A DNA stretch of 54,211 bases, filler included, from Diploschistes diacapsis (lineage: Eukaryota): assembly GCA_023645945.1 (NCBI GenBank). It is 4 parts of 4 records of this genome, joined end to end, with 100 filler letters (N's around TTAATTAATTAA, not from the genome) between each part and the next. Parts side by side here need not be neighbours in the genome. Positions count along the whole stretch, not along the records: positions 13,589 to 27,063 come from JALAIB010000657.1; positions 27,164 to 40,637 come from JALAIB010000658.1; 2 more parts are not named here. One strand, given 5' to 3'. The first letter of the stretch is position 1; each line of letters begins with the position of its first letter. The position numbers and the translations under genes are program-made. Positions 22,377-34,500 of the stretch are shown piece by piece. The notes beneath the pieces are model-generated. The model ran no database searches. It saw only the letters and a list, made by a program, of their open reading frames with translations, and was not told the origin of the DNA.

Positions 22377-22982
22377 GGCCCTGTTTGGCGGCCACGTAGA
22401 GCTGCTCTACGGTAGAGCGCATCTACATAGAGGCAGCTCTACGTGGCGCGTTTGGCAGCCAGCCCCACCACGCTGGCGCTTACCATCCTCGGCCTAGTAA
22501 TCCAACCTCGGCCTAGTAGTTTAACCTCGGCCGAGCCTTTCAGCCTTCCCAGCCTTCTCTGCGCATACGTGATGGTATCTTTACGATGCCTCTCGCAGGC
22601 GTAGTATTTATTGTAATACTGAGTTGCGTATAGTTGCGCAGCATCAGCGAGCAAAACGACGGTTATCCTACTCTTATTTTCGTAATATCTGGATTAAAAA
22701 TCGTCCATTTTAGCCAGATGGGAGGGGGAAATGGGTGGCGGAGGCGGCGGCGACAGGGTTTCTGTCCATTTTGAATCAATTCGTAGAGTGCTGTGAGAGC
22801 TCTCGAGCTCTCACAGCACTCTACGAAGATTTTGGTGGTCGTAGAGCGCGTAGACGCTCTACGACGTCTACGTAGACGCTCTACGAAAAGGGGCGTTTGG
22901 TGGGAGCGTAGAGTGTCATGTGACCTCGTACAAGCTACGTAGAGGCTCTACGCATGCTCTACGCTGACCACCAAACAGGGCC
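22377..22982. mobile_element. PIF/Harbinger-type non-autonomous element (Tourist-like MITE), 606 bp
   Basis: Perfect 12-bp TIR GGCCCTGTTTGG...CCAAACAGGGCC that extends imperfectly to about 26 bp; TAA on both sides (22374-22376 and 22983-22985) as a 3-bp TSD; many internal CGTAGAG/CTCTACG motifs. Confidence 0.9.
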
Positions 22983-23124
22983 TAAATATCCCACGATAGA
23001 AAATGCTAGGCTTAAATTCTCGGGTCTTCTGAATGTAGCCGCAAGAGACTTGTTGAAATTCCGCCATATCCGTTACTAGTCGCAGGCTATTATTCCCTTT
23101 CGGAAGTCTTCCTTAGTTCTGCTT

Positions 23125-26100
23125 TCAGCCCAATTTATTTATAGCATTCCTTCTTGCACTCCAGTCCCGCTGTATACGACTTATTCTTGATGTTGCAAGG
23201 ACCATACAAAAGACAGCCCGTATCGAAGGGTGCTTCTTTCGAGCAGGTTGCTGTGGATTGACTCCTATATCATCTAGAATACGCAAATCTGCAGTATTGC
23301 TGCTCAATGTCAGTTAATGTCACATAAGATTCGATGATGGTCTTACCAGGCTTGGAACATGTTCATCTGCATTAGCAAGAATGTTTTCCCGTAGGTTAGC
23401 GCATCACGGAAGCCTTGTTCTCGCTTCAATCTGGCTCTGAGATACTCTATCTGCTTCGCCAAACATCTTATTTCTGCCGCATGTTTCTTGTCCCTCGGTT
23501 GCGAGTTCTTTTGCGCGCCATAAACTGCGCGCTCTTCGCGCATAGCCGTGTCTTGGGAATTGAAAGTTGATTTTCGCTCAGCGATTGTACGTTGATCCTC
23601 GTCGAACTTTTGCCGCTGCTTCACCAGTTCATCGACCTTCCTTTTGTAGCAGACTTGTAGGGAGTTCAGCTCCTTTGTTAATTCAGATGATTTCTGTTGG
23701 TAGTTGTTTCGTTCGCGGCGCAGCCGTTGAACCTGAGTTCTCGGATCTTTTTGATGTTCAAAAGTGGCATCGGTGCGCGCTTTGGAGTCTATTGTTCTGC
23801 AAGATAGGTCCTCGGCCTCAAACTTCGCAGACTTGATCATCTTATAAAGGTCTCGTCCCTCATTCGTCATAATATGGTCAGCCGCTTGACTGTCATGGAT
23901 GGTCTTCAGATCCTTCTCGAGTTGTTCGATCCGCGTGCGAAGGTGATGCATCGCTTGCTCCGAACTCTGCCGGCATCGCTGATGGTTGTCGCATTCTGCT
24001 TGGATGCTATGAATCTTTGCTTCAAGTCGATCGCGAACCCTCTCGGATTCGTCACCTTTGTTACGTACGAGCTCTTTAAATTCGGCCTCTATTCGGTAGG
24101 TCTTGAGTTCCAGCTCCTTGTAGCGAGCTCGAACTTTGCTGAGCTCGTTCTGAGCCTCCCGAAGCTTGCTCTGCAACCTAGTAGCCTCATCGGCTAAGCT
24201 TTTGTCTGTTTCTTTTCTGCCAGGCTCAAGACGCATGACCTGATTTTCGAGATACTCTACCTGATTTTGCAGTTCAATTCGCTGTTCCTGTTCGGTTTGT
24301 ACCCTTCTCCGCAACACAACAATTTCAGCCTCAGCCGCCTGGCGACTCTCTTCCATTCGACCCAACTTTTTATTAGTTGAGAGAAGCTCTAAGCGATAAT
24401 AGTCCGTTTCCTGTCTGTACTTGGAAATTTCTTTCTTGACACAATTTGCGTTATCCTCCAAAGCATTTTGCAGGATTTCAAGCTCGTCCTCTAGGCCTTG
24501 AGTCTTCCCTTGAGCCACCTGCTGCTTCCGTACATTGTCAGCCGCATCTTCCTGTGCTTTGAGCAACTGCATTTTCAGACTGGAAAGCGCGCTTGTCTTT
24601 TCTGCGACCTCAACTTCCAGCTGGCGAGTCTGTTGCATCGTGGCGTTCTTTTCGACCTGAGCTTGTTCGCGGGAGTGTTCCCACAATTTTCTCTGGCTTT
24701 CAAACTGGGTGCGCTCCGATTCTAAAATACTCTGTAGCTTGAAAACTTTTCCAGACACATTATCATTGTTGTTGTTTTCTTGTTGCAGTAATCGCTCCTT
24801 TTTCAGTGAGTGTTCTTTTTCTTGCTCGAGCTCACCACGCATTTCGGCAAACATAGCCTGTGAGCTTGCCAAAGCCACCTGCAGGCCGTCCGATTCAAGA
24901 GTAAGAGCATCATGACGCGTTTGAAGTAATTCTTTCTCGTCAGCTTTCTCTTGCAACTGGAGGACAAGTCCTCGGAGTTGGTTTTCGCATGCAACTTTCG
25001 CTTGAGAGATGTCCAGGTTTTCTTGATGAAGAAGGTCATTTTTAGAGACCAAAGCTTGACGATGGGCCTCACCGTCATCACTCGAAGATTTCAAGGCCTT
25101 ATCTAGGTTAGCTACCTCATTCACCTTGTCCTTGAGTTTCATTTGCATGTCTCTATGATTTTTCTTAAGCTCGGTCACGGTCTGCTCAGCTTTCACGACC
25201 CTATCCTCCAGATCAGACTTTAGCTTTTCAGTGTCTGATAGCTTGAGAGCTATTACGTCGTTGGCCTAGCAGCATTAACGTAGTCCCTTTACTAAAAATA
25301 CGATACGAACCTCAGCCAATCCCTTAATTGTTTTCTCCCTCTCGCGCTCTGTCTGCGAGTGTTCCTGTATCATTCTCTGCATTCGATCCTCGGATGCCCT
25401 TACGTCATTTCGAAGCTTCTCCATGGTATCCTGGAGATACTCGTAGTCCTCTATCCCACCATTAGCATCACGGAGTTCATGTTCTAGTCCTTGAAATTTT
25501 TCGAGCCGCAATTCGCGCAGGTCCTAAATATTAAATTAGCTGCATGAGCCAGATGTATTGCCTTTCAAGCCTACGTTTCCGTCTTTTTGTGCATCAATCA
25601 TTCGATCCTTCTCTCTCAGGTCGGCCTCAAGATCTTCAATATTTTCCTGCAATTCTTGCACTGTTCGCAGAGTAGGCGCCGAGGCTGATGCATCACGTAA
25701 TTCGGAAACCTCAGCTTCTTTTGTCCGTAGAAGTGCTTGAAGTGCCTTCAAATCGCCCTGAAGTCGTTGATTTGCGGACTCTTTTTCACTCCTGGCTTTG
25801 CCGTCGAGTAATTGTTGCCTCAGATTTTCCGCATCCCGTGCGGATGCATTCAGCTGTTTCCTCACTTTTGCAAGGTCCCGCTGCATAGTCACTTTATCGA
25901 CTCTGAGATCCGTGTTTTCCTTCAAGACATTTTGATTTATGTTCGGATCGGATTTTTTCAAGAGGTCTTCGAGAAAGTGTATCTTTAGTTTCAACCCAAA
26001 ATTTTCCTTTTCCGTCTTGGTAATGATCTGGGGTTAATTAGCTTCTGTCAAGTAGTATGCTCAAGAGACATGCATTTTCCTGCTCGCGTAACGTCATTAG

Positions 26101-26622
26101 GTTGCGCTGTTCATCTAGAATTCGGTCGCCACTTGCCAGTGGCAGGACAGCTACAGGAGTGCACTGAGTGCTACTACTGGCAACATTCGATAGAGGATAT
26201 TGTTCAGCACGGACACCCAGGTCGCTCTCAGTATCGCTGTTGAGAAGTTCCGAGCTATCTGGAGGCATTAGATCTGGACTGTCTCGAGGTGCATAGTCGT
26301 TCCTAAGGAAGGCTGGTGTTTGAGGCACGAGTGCAGTCTGCTTCCCATGGAGCACCGCCTTCTTGGTCACACTCTTTAGTAAAGGAGTAAATTCGCCAGA
26401 CCCTCGATTCCCAGCGAAGTTGGGTCGCTGGGCCAAATTGTTGCGAGAACCAACGGTTTTGAGGTAGTTGTGACTCTTATTTCTACTTTGCGAAAAAATT
26501 TCGTTGCGTCTCTTCTTTGGAGAATGAAATGACATTTCCATAGACAGATCATCGATACCAGTACCGTTTCCAACAAAAGTTGCACCCACCGGATCAGTAT
26601 GCGGGCTCTCAACAAATGCCAT
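23125..26622 (-). CDS. pcp1: Spindle pole body pericentrin-like protein (CM1/Cnn_1N + coiled coil + PACT), about 1102 aa, 5 exons
   Basis: Exons 26622-26074, 26027-25575, 25523-25311, 25265-23347, 23299-23125. CM1 motif TLREQEN|IITKTEKENFGLKLKIHFLED; long coiled coil; PACT region LAKQIEYLRARLKREQGFRDALTYGKTFLLMQMNMFQAC-NTADLRIL...SIRAVFCMVLATSRI. Confidence 0.88.
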
Positions 26623-26875
26623 GATTGATAATTATGACTGATTATTAGGGCATAGCAAGTCTCTTTAATCGGTCAGAATAAAATGTCGATATTGTGTGTT
26701 GAAGGAAGTCGCTGGCATGGGGAACGTGTAAGTAAACAAAGATTAAGCGAGAGAAGCTACAAGAGGTCAACTTCAATATCTTGGCTTATCCCCCGCAGTA
26801 TCTTTTAACCCCGTTATTGTTTACAGAGCGCTCGTGCCTAGTGATTCAAATAACCGCAATTCCTACCCTTATATA

Positions 26876-27063
26876 CAGTATTAGGCCAAAAGTAGTTAGG
26901 TACACCATAAGCGGCAGTAAATAAACAGTCAACTCTTGCTATTATTCTTACAATTATGCCTCCCCAACGCCGTTTGAAGCCATTCCAGCGTTCTGAGCTC
27001 CTCGGCGCTCTCTATAATAGCAATACTCTTAAAAATACCGCCCAAAATCTTAATATTCCCTAT
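26876..27063 (+). mobile_element. Left end of a Tc1/mariner element, truncated by the contig end
   Basis: TA|CAGTATTAGGCCAAAAGT (Tc1-like terminus after a TA target) followed by ATG at 26956: MPPQRRLKPFQRSELLGALYNSNTLKNTAQNLNIPY, resembling a transposase N-terminal HTH; TpA-rich. Confidence 0.65.
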
Positions 27064-27163
27064 NNNNNNNNNNNNNNNNNNNNNNNNNNNNNNNNNNNNN
27101 NNNNNNNTTAATTAATTAANNNNNNNNNNNNNNNNNNNNNNNNNNNNNNNNNNNNNNNNNNNN
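27064..27163. other. Artificial contig spacer N44-TTAATTAATTAA-N44
   Basis: Identical to the spacer at 13489-13588. Confidence 0.98.
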
Positions 27164-27169
27164 CCCCAG

Positions 27170-27991
27170 TCCTACGTCATCTGCGAACCCGCCGCCGCAA
27201 GCGTCATCAAAACCTACTCCCCCAACCTGATGGTTTCGCCCCTGATGCGCGAGTCCAAGACCCCATACCCACAAGACCCCAGCGAGCCGACCGCCGACCA
27301 CGTCGCCAGCACGATCGTCGACCTGCTCGCGCGCCTGCACGTGCTGGTCATTGGCCCGGGCCTCGGGCGCGACGAGCTCATGCAAGCGACATGCAAGAAG
27401 GTCATCACCGCCGCGCGCGAGCGGCAAATCCCGACCGTCATGGACGCGGACGCGCTGATGATCGTCAACGCGGAGCCCAGCTTCGTGAAAGGGTGGAAGG
27501 AGGTAATCCTGACGCCGAACGTCGTCGAGTTCCAGCGCCTGGCGGCCGCGGTCGGCGTGGACGTCGGCGGCGTGCCGAGGGAGGAGGCGTGCAAGCACGT
27601 TAGCCAGGCGCTGGGCGGCGTGTGCATCATCCAGAAGGGCGACGTGGATTATATTTCGGATGGGGAGAGGACGATGACTTGTGACCTGCAGGGCGGGAAG
27701 AAGAGGAGTGGAGGCCAGGGCGATACGCTGACGGGGAGCGTGGGCACGTTCTTGTGCTGGCGCAGGGCGTATTTGGATAAGCTGTGGGAGACGGAGGGGA
27801 ATATGGGGGAGGATGAATTGGTGATGCTGAGTGCGTGGGGAGGGGCGGCGATCACGAGGGAGTGTAGTCGGCTGGCGTTTGCGGAGAAGGGGAGGAGTTT
27901 GCAGGCGAGCGATGTAGGGGATAATGTGCCCAGGGCGTTTGAGGCGCTCATTGGGGAGAGGGAGGTTGGGGGTGAAGGGGCCAGGTTGTAA
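27170..27991 (+). CDS. NNR2: ATP-dependent (S)-NAD(P)H-hydrate dehydratase (YjeF C-terminal/CARKD family), last exon; 5' part missing
   Basis: After acceptor ccccag: [22 protein letters not shown], then [45 protein letters not shown], all hallmark motifs of the family. Confidence 0.95.
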   Translation, partial: SYVICEPAAASVIKTYSPNLMVSPLMRESKTPYPQDPSEPTADHVASTIVDLLARLHVLVIGPGLGRDELMQATCKKVITAARERQIPTVMDADALMIVNAEPSFVKGWKEVILTPNVVEFQRLAAAVGVDVGGVPREEACKHVSQALGGVCIIQKGDVDYISDGERTMTCDLQGGKKRSGGQGDTLTGSVGTFLCWRRAYLDKLWETEGNMGEDELVMLSAWGGAAITRECSRLAFAEKGRSLQASDVGDNVPRAFEALIGEREVGGEGARL

Positions 27992-29075
27992 AGAGGTGTG
28001 GATGGATGTGGTTGCGTCGAGGAGATGGGGCGAATATAGTGCCGCTCACATGGGCGATGTTTAGGGCGCCGTGGTACATAGAAAGAACTCGGATAATGCC
28101 GCTAGATTAGATACTTTGAGGTCTATCTCATACAAACCGCAACGAGCTCCTATATCGTCCCTACGTTACTTGCCAATAGCCCTTGCTTCATGTGCATGGT
28201 TCTGTCCACATCCTGTCCCAAAAACATAACATACTAATATCCTCAGTTCCAGCACACCCATTCTGTCCGTGTTCCTTAATCTCGCAAATTCATTTCACAT
28301 TACATTCGCTACCAAGTTGATCCCAAGTCTTACCTAGAAGCTAGACGCAAACCCCTCATTCTTCCAATAGTAGTCCAGTGACGTAAAACACTGTCACCAC
28401 TTCATCTCAAAGGGGAGGCATTAGAGCAGTACTAGTTACAGCGGGAGTGACCCTGCTACCTAGGTAGCCACCACCTCTACGCTTTTACGCCTCTAGACCT
28501 CTATCCCATACCCAACGCCGTGAAGGGCTGCAAGGAGTGGATGGAACGAAAATGGTGGGCAGAGCTGGAGAAGGCAGGTGCAAGAGAGTGTGGCCTGTGG
28601 GTAGCTGGAGATAGTGTCGGGCACCTTTTCGGACGCTCTTTCCATCGAAGGCCCCATTGACATTCCAAGCAAGCACCATTCTCATCCGCAAAAAAACGGA
28701 GAGAATGGAGGAGGAGCTGGTAGTGCTGGCATGTTGGATGGAGCGTGGGGAGGCGGGAAGAAGGGAGAAGGGAGGCATAGGGTGGTAAGGGGGAGGAGTA
28801 GGTAGAAGGGGGTGATGGCATGCGAGTAGCTGGCATTTTGTGCGGTAGTAGTATGTGAAATTGTGTAGCTGGCCCTTATATTATGTTCACTGGCCTGGTA
28901 CATATGTATATCCGAGGATCGCTCTGCAGGAAATCCATATTGTTGATCATTCGTCTTCCTTCTAGATCTTTATTTATCACATACAACATATATATGTAGA
29001 GAAAAAACTCTGGGTTCCCAGAGTCCCAAGGCCTGAAAGGGAGTATTTAATATTCGAAGCTGCAGCGTAACCATC

Positions 29076-31190
29076 TTAGCCTAGGATAACGTCTAGCAAT
29101 TCCGAAATGCTCGCCAGCGTAAGCTTCTGTCCTTCCTCGCGAGCCAGCGACACCGCACATGACGCTGCATTCTTGATCTGGCGTCCGTTCAGCGGCCGCT
29201 TCGCCAGTACTTCAACGTCATCGTCAGTGAGAGCCAATAGCGTGGTATTCTGAGCAATCACGTCCAGGAAGTTCTTCCAGATGATGGTGCGCTTGGCTTC
29301 ATCGAGATCGGGGTAGTGGAGGGTGAAGTGGATCCGGCTTTGAAAAGCAGGGTCTATTTCCTCCTTCCGATTCGTGGTTAGGATGAGGACACCCTGAAAG
29401 TATTCGAGCCGGCGCAGAAAGATGCTCACGAGCGTGTCCTGTTCCACGCTCTTGCCGCGAACTGAGAGGAAGACGTCTGCTTCGTCGATTAGTAGCACGC
29501 AAGCCCAACGCCGAGTGATTTCGAGAATCGTTTGTAATCTCGTATCGACTTTTTCGGGGTCAGCGCCTAGCTCGCCTCCGCTCGCTATGTACAAGGGACG
29601 GTGTGTAACCTCTGCGACGACCTCGGCGGTTAGCGTCTTGCCAACACCAGGGCTTCCGGTTAAGAGTCCGACCATTCCTTTCCCTTTATTTTCAATGATA
29701 TCGTCGAATTCTGTCTCGTTATTCCGGTGGGCTTTGACGAGGCCATGGATAATCCGGCGGCGAGTGTCGGCAATTGCCAGCTTCGAAAAAGCGTCCTCGT
29801 TCCATGCGATATCTATAAGGTCTGCGACTTTCAGCTGAACCCATTGCTTTCGTGGGAAGGAAAAGCCATTGAGCCAGTAGGCACAGACAAGATAGTGATC
29901 ATCGTTGAGATTGTCATAACGATTGATCGCATCGGCAGAGTAAACGTAGGGTTTGTTGAGCTCGTTCATGTTTGCATAGATTTTGAACGCTTGCGGATCC
30001 ACCATCACCCTACCCTTTGCCTGTCCAGTTGTCAGCAGAGAGAAGCCACGAGGGAAAAATTACGCTGCATACTGTGACCTTGACTACTTTATCAGTTCCA
30101 TCAATCAAAGTCTCTAACTTCGTGGCTGTAAAGGCCGTGTATTCCTGACAAACGGAATCTTGCACAAGACCTATAAACCTGCGGCCACGAGAGATCAGCC
30201 TCTTGCGAACTTCGTGCTGTTCCGGATGATAGTCAAAAGGATAGACCGGAAGACTATTTATCTTTCTGGCTCCTTCGTACTGATCGATCACTAAAGACAA
30301 ACCTCCCCAACCAAAGTCGTCGCCGTCATGGTTGATAAGGTTGCCGGTGACTGCAAGAAATTGACTCCCGTTTTGCCGTTGTTCATACTTAGGAACAGAT
30401 TTCAGGAACATGGCTTGTTCCTGCGCTAGAGGGCCATGACGTGGAGCGAATAATAGCTGCTTGGGGGGAAATAGAACCCAGAGAAGGTCCCACGTGATCT
30501 CCGCGTGTTCAAGCAAGGAGTTCAAGTCTAGCATTCTTGACCCAAAGTCCTCATCCACAAAGCGAAGCGCCGTTCCGATATCGTTCACAAGACCCTGGGA
30601 CGGAGTCTGCTTCTGCTTCTCTTGCTCTTTTCGAGCCATTAGACGTGGTCGTGCGTGGAAGAACAACTGCGGGTCAGCCTGAATTGCATAAGCCATCCAT
30701 CAATAGAGAGATGTAATACAGGACTTCGGAAGCCTGAAGTACTCCAGGAAGTGCACTGGCCTTACCATTGGCGGCGATTTGTTTAGAGATAAGCCTTCAA
30801 CGCCCTGAAAAATGTCTCGCATCAAAGTACTGAGTGGTTCCGACTTGATGTCCACTTCGGTACTGGTGACCATGCCTTGTTTGCTGATAATGCGTCGAAC
30901 GACCAGTGCCGTCTTGCCAAAACGATCAGGCCTCGCTTTGGGCTTGGTTGTTTTGACGAAGTGAACCTGCCGATCTTTCCTTGACTCTTGTTGGCTTCCG
31001 AGCTTCATAAGAGGCATATTCAGAGAGATTACCTGCTATAGCTATAAATGCGTTAGCTGTACCATCTACGTAGAGCTTATCTGAGGACTTACATCTGATC
31101 CACTCGTAGCAAACTCTGCGCCTTGTTACCTAGGTCAGTCATCACCCTATTGACTCCTGGGTTGGGAGCGTCTTCCTGCTCATTTTCCAT
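29076..31190 (-). CDS. Fungal AAA+ ATPase (single AAA module with a long N-terminal region, DUF7025-like family), about 5 exons
   Basis: ATG at 31190. ORF pieces 30700-31017, 30010-30696 and 29076-30008 join through GT-AG introns (PPM|ADPQLFFH; KVT|AKGRVMVD). Walker A GSPGVGKT, Walker B LLIDEAD, sensor-1 LTTNR, Arg finger DPAFQSR, sensor-2 LNGRQIKN; family motifs ITWDLLWVLF and KINSLPVYP. Confidence 0.9.
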
Positions 31191-31521
31191 CGTCTTGATC
31201 GTGAACCCAGTAGGCGGTGAACGCGAGTTAGACTGTCAAGCACTACTGCGAGATTTAGACGTCTCGATTTTGCACGCGATCGCGAGATATTTCTGAGACG
31301 GCAAGTTCAAACTGAGAACTTGAGGTACATTAGAAGTGATCTTCTAGTATTCTCGCAGCAATTTTGACCAAAGACCAGGCTCGATCATAGCAGTAACTGG
31401 TGCCAACGCCAGCGTTGCTAGCCTTGCAAGCCTGATGAGCTGGCAAGTTCTTAGAGACGCTCATGCGTCCAATAACTAGATTCAGCTCCTCACTAGCAGT
31501 CCCCAACTTTTATTCAAGGAT

Positions 31522-34500
31522 ATGCCGTCCAATGATCACTTTCTGCTCATGATTGATGACACGGCGAGGCTGTGTAAGCAGCAGAAGCACTGCATAAAGG
31601 TCAATATACCCAGCGATTTGGCCTGGGGTTAGCTCTGCAGTCCTGCAAAGAAAAATTCAACTCTGCATACTGAATGCTGAGATAGATACCTATTCTATCC
31701 GGAGATTTATAAGGCATCAAAACTTCCAGAGTTGAAGGTTGCTCGTAACGATAACGGCGATATCAGCCTTACGAGGCAGTATGTCATTGGGAAGACGTGT
31801 GTATGGGATTTCCATTGCACTTGAACAGGGAACAGACTTATTGACCATGGCTTCAGTACTTTTGAAAACTCGTCAGATAAGACGAAGACGCAGACAGCTG
31901 CATCCCCCTTCGGACGAGCACTGGACGAATATGTGCGGACGAGAGACAAGAAGAGCAAGCTCCCTCAGTTTATTGCAGACCTGCAAGAATCAGACGAAAA
32001 CTGGACCAAGAAAGATGTCCAAAATGCCATTGTTCGCCTCGAGCGCGAGAACTCAGATCAAAAGAGTGTGAAGATAGTGAGATCTGTACTTAAGCCAGTC
32101 ATCTCCTTGCTTTCCGACTACTCCTCGGTGATTGATACACTTGCTCAAGCAGATCCCATGCCAACGTCTGTCATCTGGGGTTGCCTCCGTGCCGTTATCA
32201 ATGTAGGTCTAGTTCTCCGGTGATGACGCTTCCCTGTTTTCTATGTGCATAGGCCCCAGGCGGAATGGTGGAGGCCATCTCCTTACCTTTATGATGACAT
32301 CGGACGCATTCAAGCGCTACTAATTTGAGCTACTTGTCATGATAATGCGGATGCAGTCTGTATAAAGGTCATGAAACCACTTCGTGTATTTGTATAGTAA
32401 TCACTAGCTTGACTGGAAACTACGAGCACGAGCACGGAAGCAACTTTATGTATTTGGTTTTCTGGAGTGTCCCCCTCCAATATCATGGAGTATGTCAATC
32501 AGCCCAGAATCTTGGACTTGAATTTGAGCGAGATCTTCCAACACGTTGCTATAATCCAACATGGCTAGCGCTGCGTTCAGTTTTGGAGGCCCCTTGCTGA
32601 CATGCTATGACAGAGTTCGAGTCGTTTTCTCCACCTATACGATGAGATACCGAAGCAATTGGAAGCTCTTCAGGTCCACCTGTCCCGGCTCACTGAGTTT
32701 GAGGAGCTGTTTGGTGAATCAAGCAATATGCAGCTTCTCTTAGAAAAGTCGTACATCAACATTATCCGCTTTTGGTATCAAGTGGAAAAGGAGTGCAAGA
32801 GGTGCAGTTAGTTTTGCCATAATACATGTTGAGGTCGCATGTAATATCATTGCTAACGGCTATTAGTCGCTGTTCGTGCGCTCAGGTCTCTTGGCTCCTT
32901 TGACACATCGAAGCTTGACAGTATTGTATCAGAGATCGGAAAAGATGCAACTTATGTTGCTGCTTTGGTGCCGATTGTGCAAGAACGTATTAATCGAGGT
33001 GAGCGTGAAGATGCCGCAGAGGAGCGTCGTTTGGCAGGCTCAGCTCGAGATCAGCAAGCTGCCATGTTTGAGATCTTTCTCGAAGAGCGAAAGGGTTAAT
33101 GGGCACTTTCCAAACCTTCATATCACAGTCTATCATATTAATCTTCACCAGGAAATCACCTTAAAAATGTTCGGAACTGGCTGCAATGCGGATTTATGCC
33201 CCTTAACGAAAGTAACTCGAGGCACCAACATGAAAATGCTAGCCACCGAAGCCCTGATACGTGTCTCTGGCTTCCAATTCATGAAGTTTTCTCACGATGG
33301 ATCGGCAATGCTCACAATACTAAACTTTGGCTGAGAGCTGCCCCGGGGATTGGCAAATCTGTCCTATGTTCCTATGCTATCGATCACGTATCTGCGCTGC
33401 GACCGGAGTTTTGTTGCATCTACCAGTACTACTCTTTTGATGAAGAATTCACGCCACTTCAGGTTTACCGCCATCTCGCTGCGCAGCTGGTCGATCGCTT
33501 GTGGGCACAAAATCAGGAGATACCGGAAGAGATCCATTGTTATACACAACAAAGCGCCTCATGTTCAAATTACGAGAATGCAAAAACAGTGCTTCAGATG
33601 CTCATTGCCAAGTTCCCAGGGACTTACATTTTCTTGGACGGGCTGGATGAAGAGTGCGAGAACGAGCAGCGGTGGCGTGGGCTGCTGGAAGTCTTGCAAT
33701 TCCTTAATGGTCTTCCATCAGTTCGGCTTTGGTGTAGCTCCCAAGACCGGGCTCGTTTGCACTCCGTTCTAGAGGGCTTTGCTCTGATTGAGATGTCCAA
33801 GGACCTCAACAACGCTGACATTGAGCTTTGTTTGTCCAGAAGAATTTCGGAACTTGACGCGCTAGAGCTTGACGAAGGCTACAGAAGGCTGATCCTTGGT
33901 GACCTGCTTGGCAAGGCCGATGGCTGCTTTCTCTGGGCTTCGTTGATGTTAGATTCAATCGCAGATGCTCATACCCTGAACCATGTCCAACAAGAAATCC
34001 AAGGAGAGCTTCCTGAAGGTTATGAGCAGTACTATGCTCGAAAACTCAAAAGTATTAAGGAAGGCGACAAAGGTCTGGCCTGGTAAGTCCCGTCATGTCG
34101 TTGATTCACCTGTCTGTATTCTGATTGGGCACAGTATTTTGCTTGCTTGTATCGTGCATGCGAGACGACCTTTGCGTCTTGATGAGCTTAGCGAAGCCGC
34201 AGCTGCGGCTTGCGTGGAGGACAAAAGTGGCATCGATAAGTCTCAAAAGCTGTTCAAAAGCAAGATTTTGAAACTTTGTGAGCCACTTATCCAAGTTCAG
34301 AAAATCGGGGGAACTGCATCGAATTCTGTGTGTACCCTTACACACTCGTCGGTTCAGAAGTTTCTGCTGAAGCATCCCGATATCCTGTCATCGCGTAGTG
34401 CTCCACAACGCTCTAGATATCTATTGACAGAAGAAGTTATGGGCAACGTCTGTCTAAGATACTTGTGGCAACCAACATATCGAAAGCTCCTGACGAAAAC

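Noticed and set aside
13589..22982. Starship giant transposon carrying GH76 as cargo
   Set aside because: No tyrosine-recombinase (DUF3435) captain or element boundary is visible; it cannot be supported from this contig.
28501..28836. 111-aa minus-strand ORF with a CxxC (ACLECQW) downstream of the AAA+ gene
   Set aside because: Low complexity, several equally weak overlapping frames and no recognisable family; it would need expression data.
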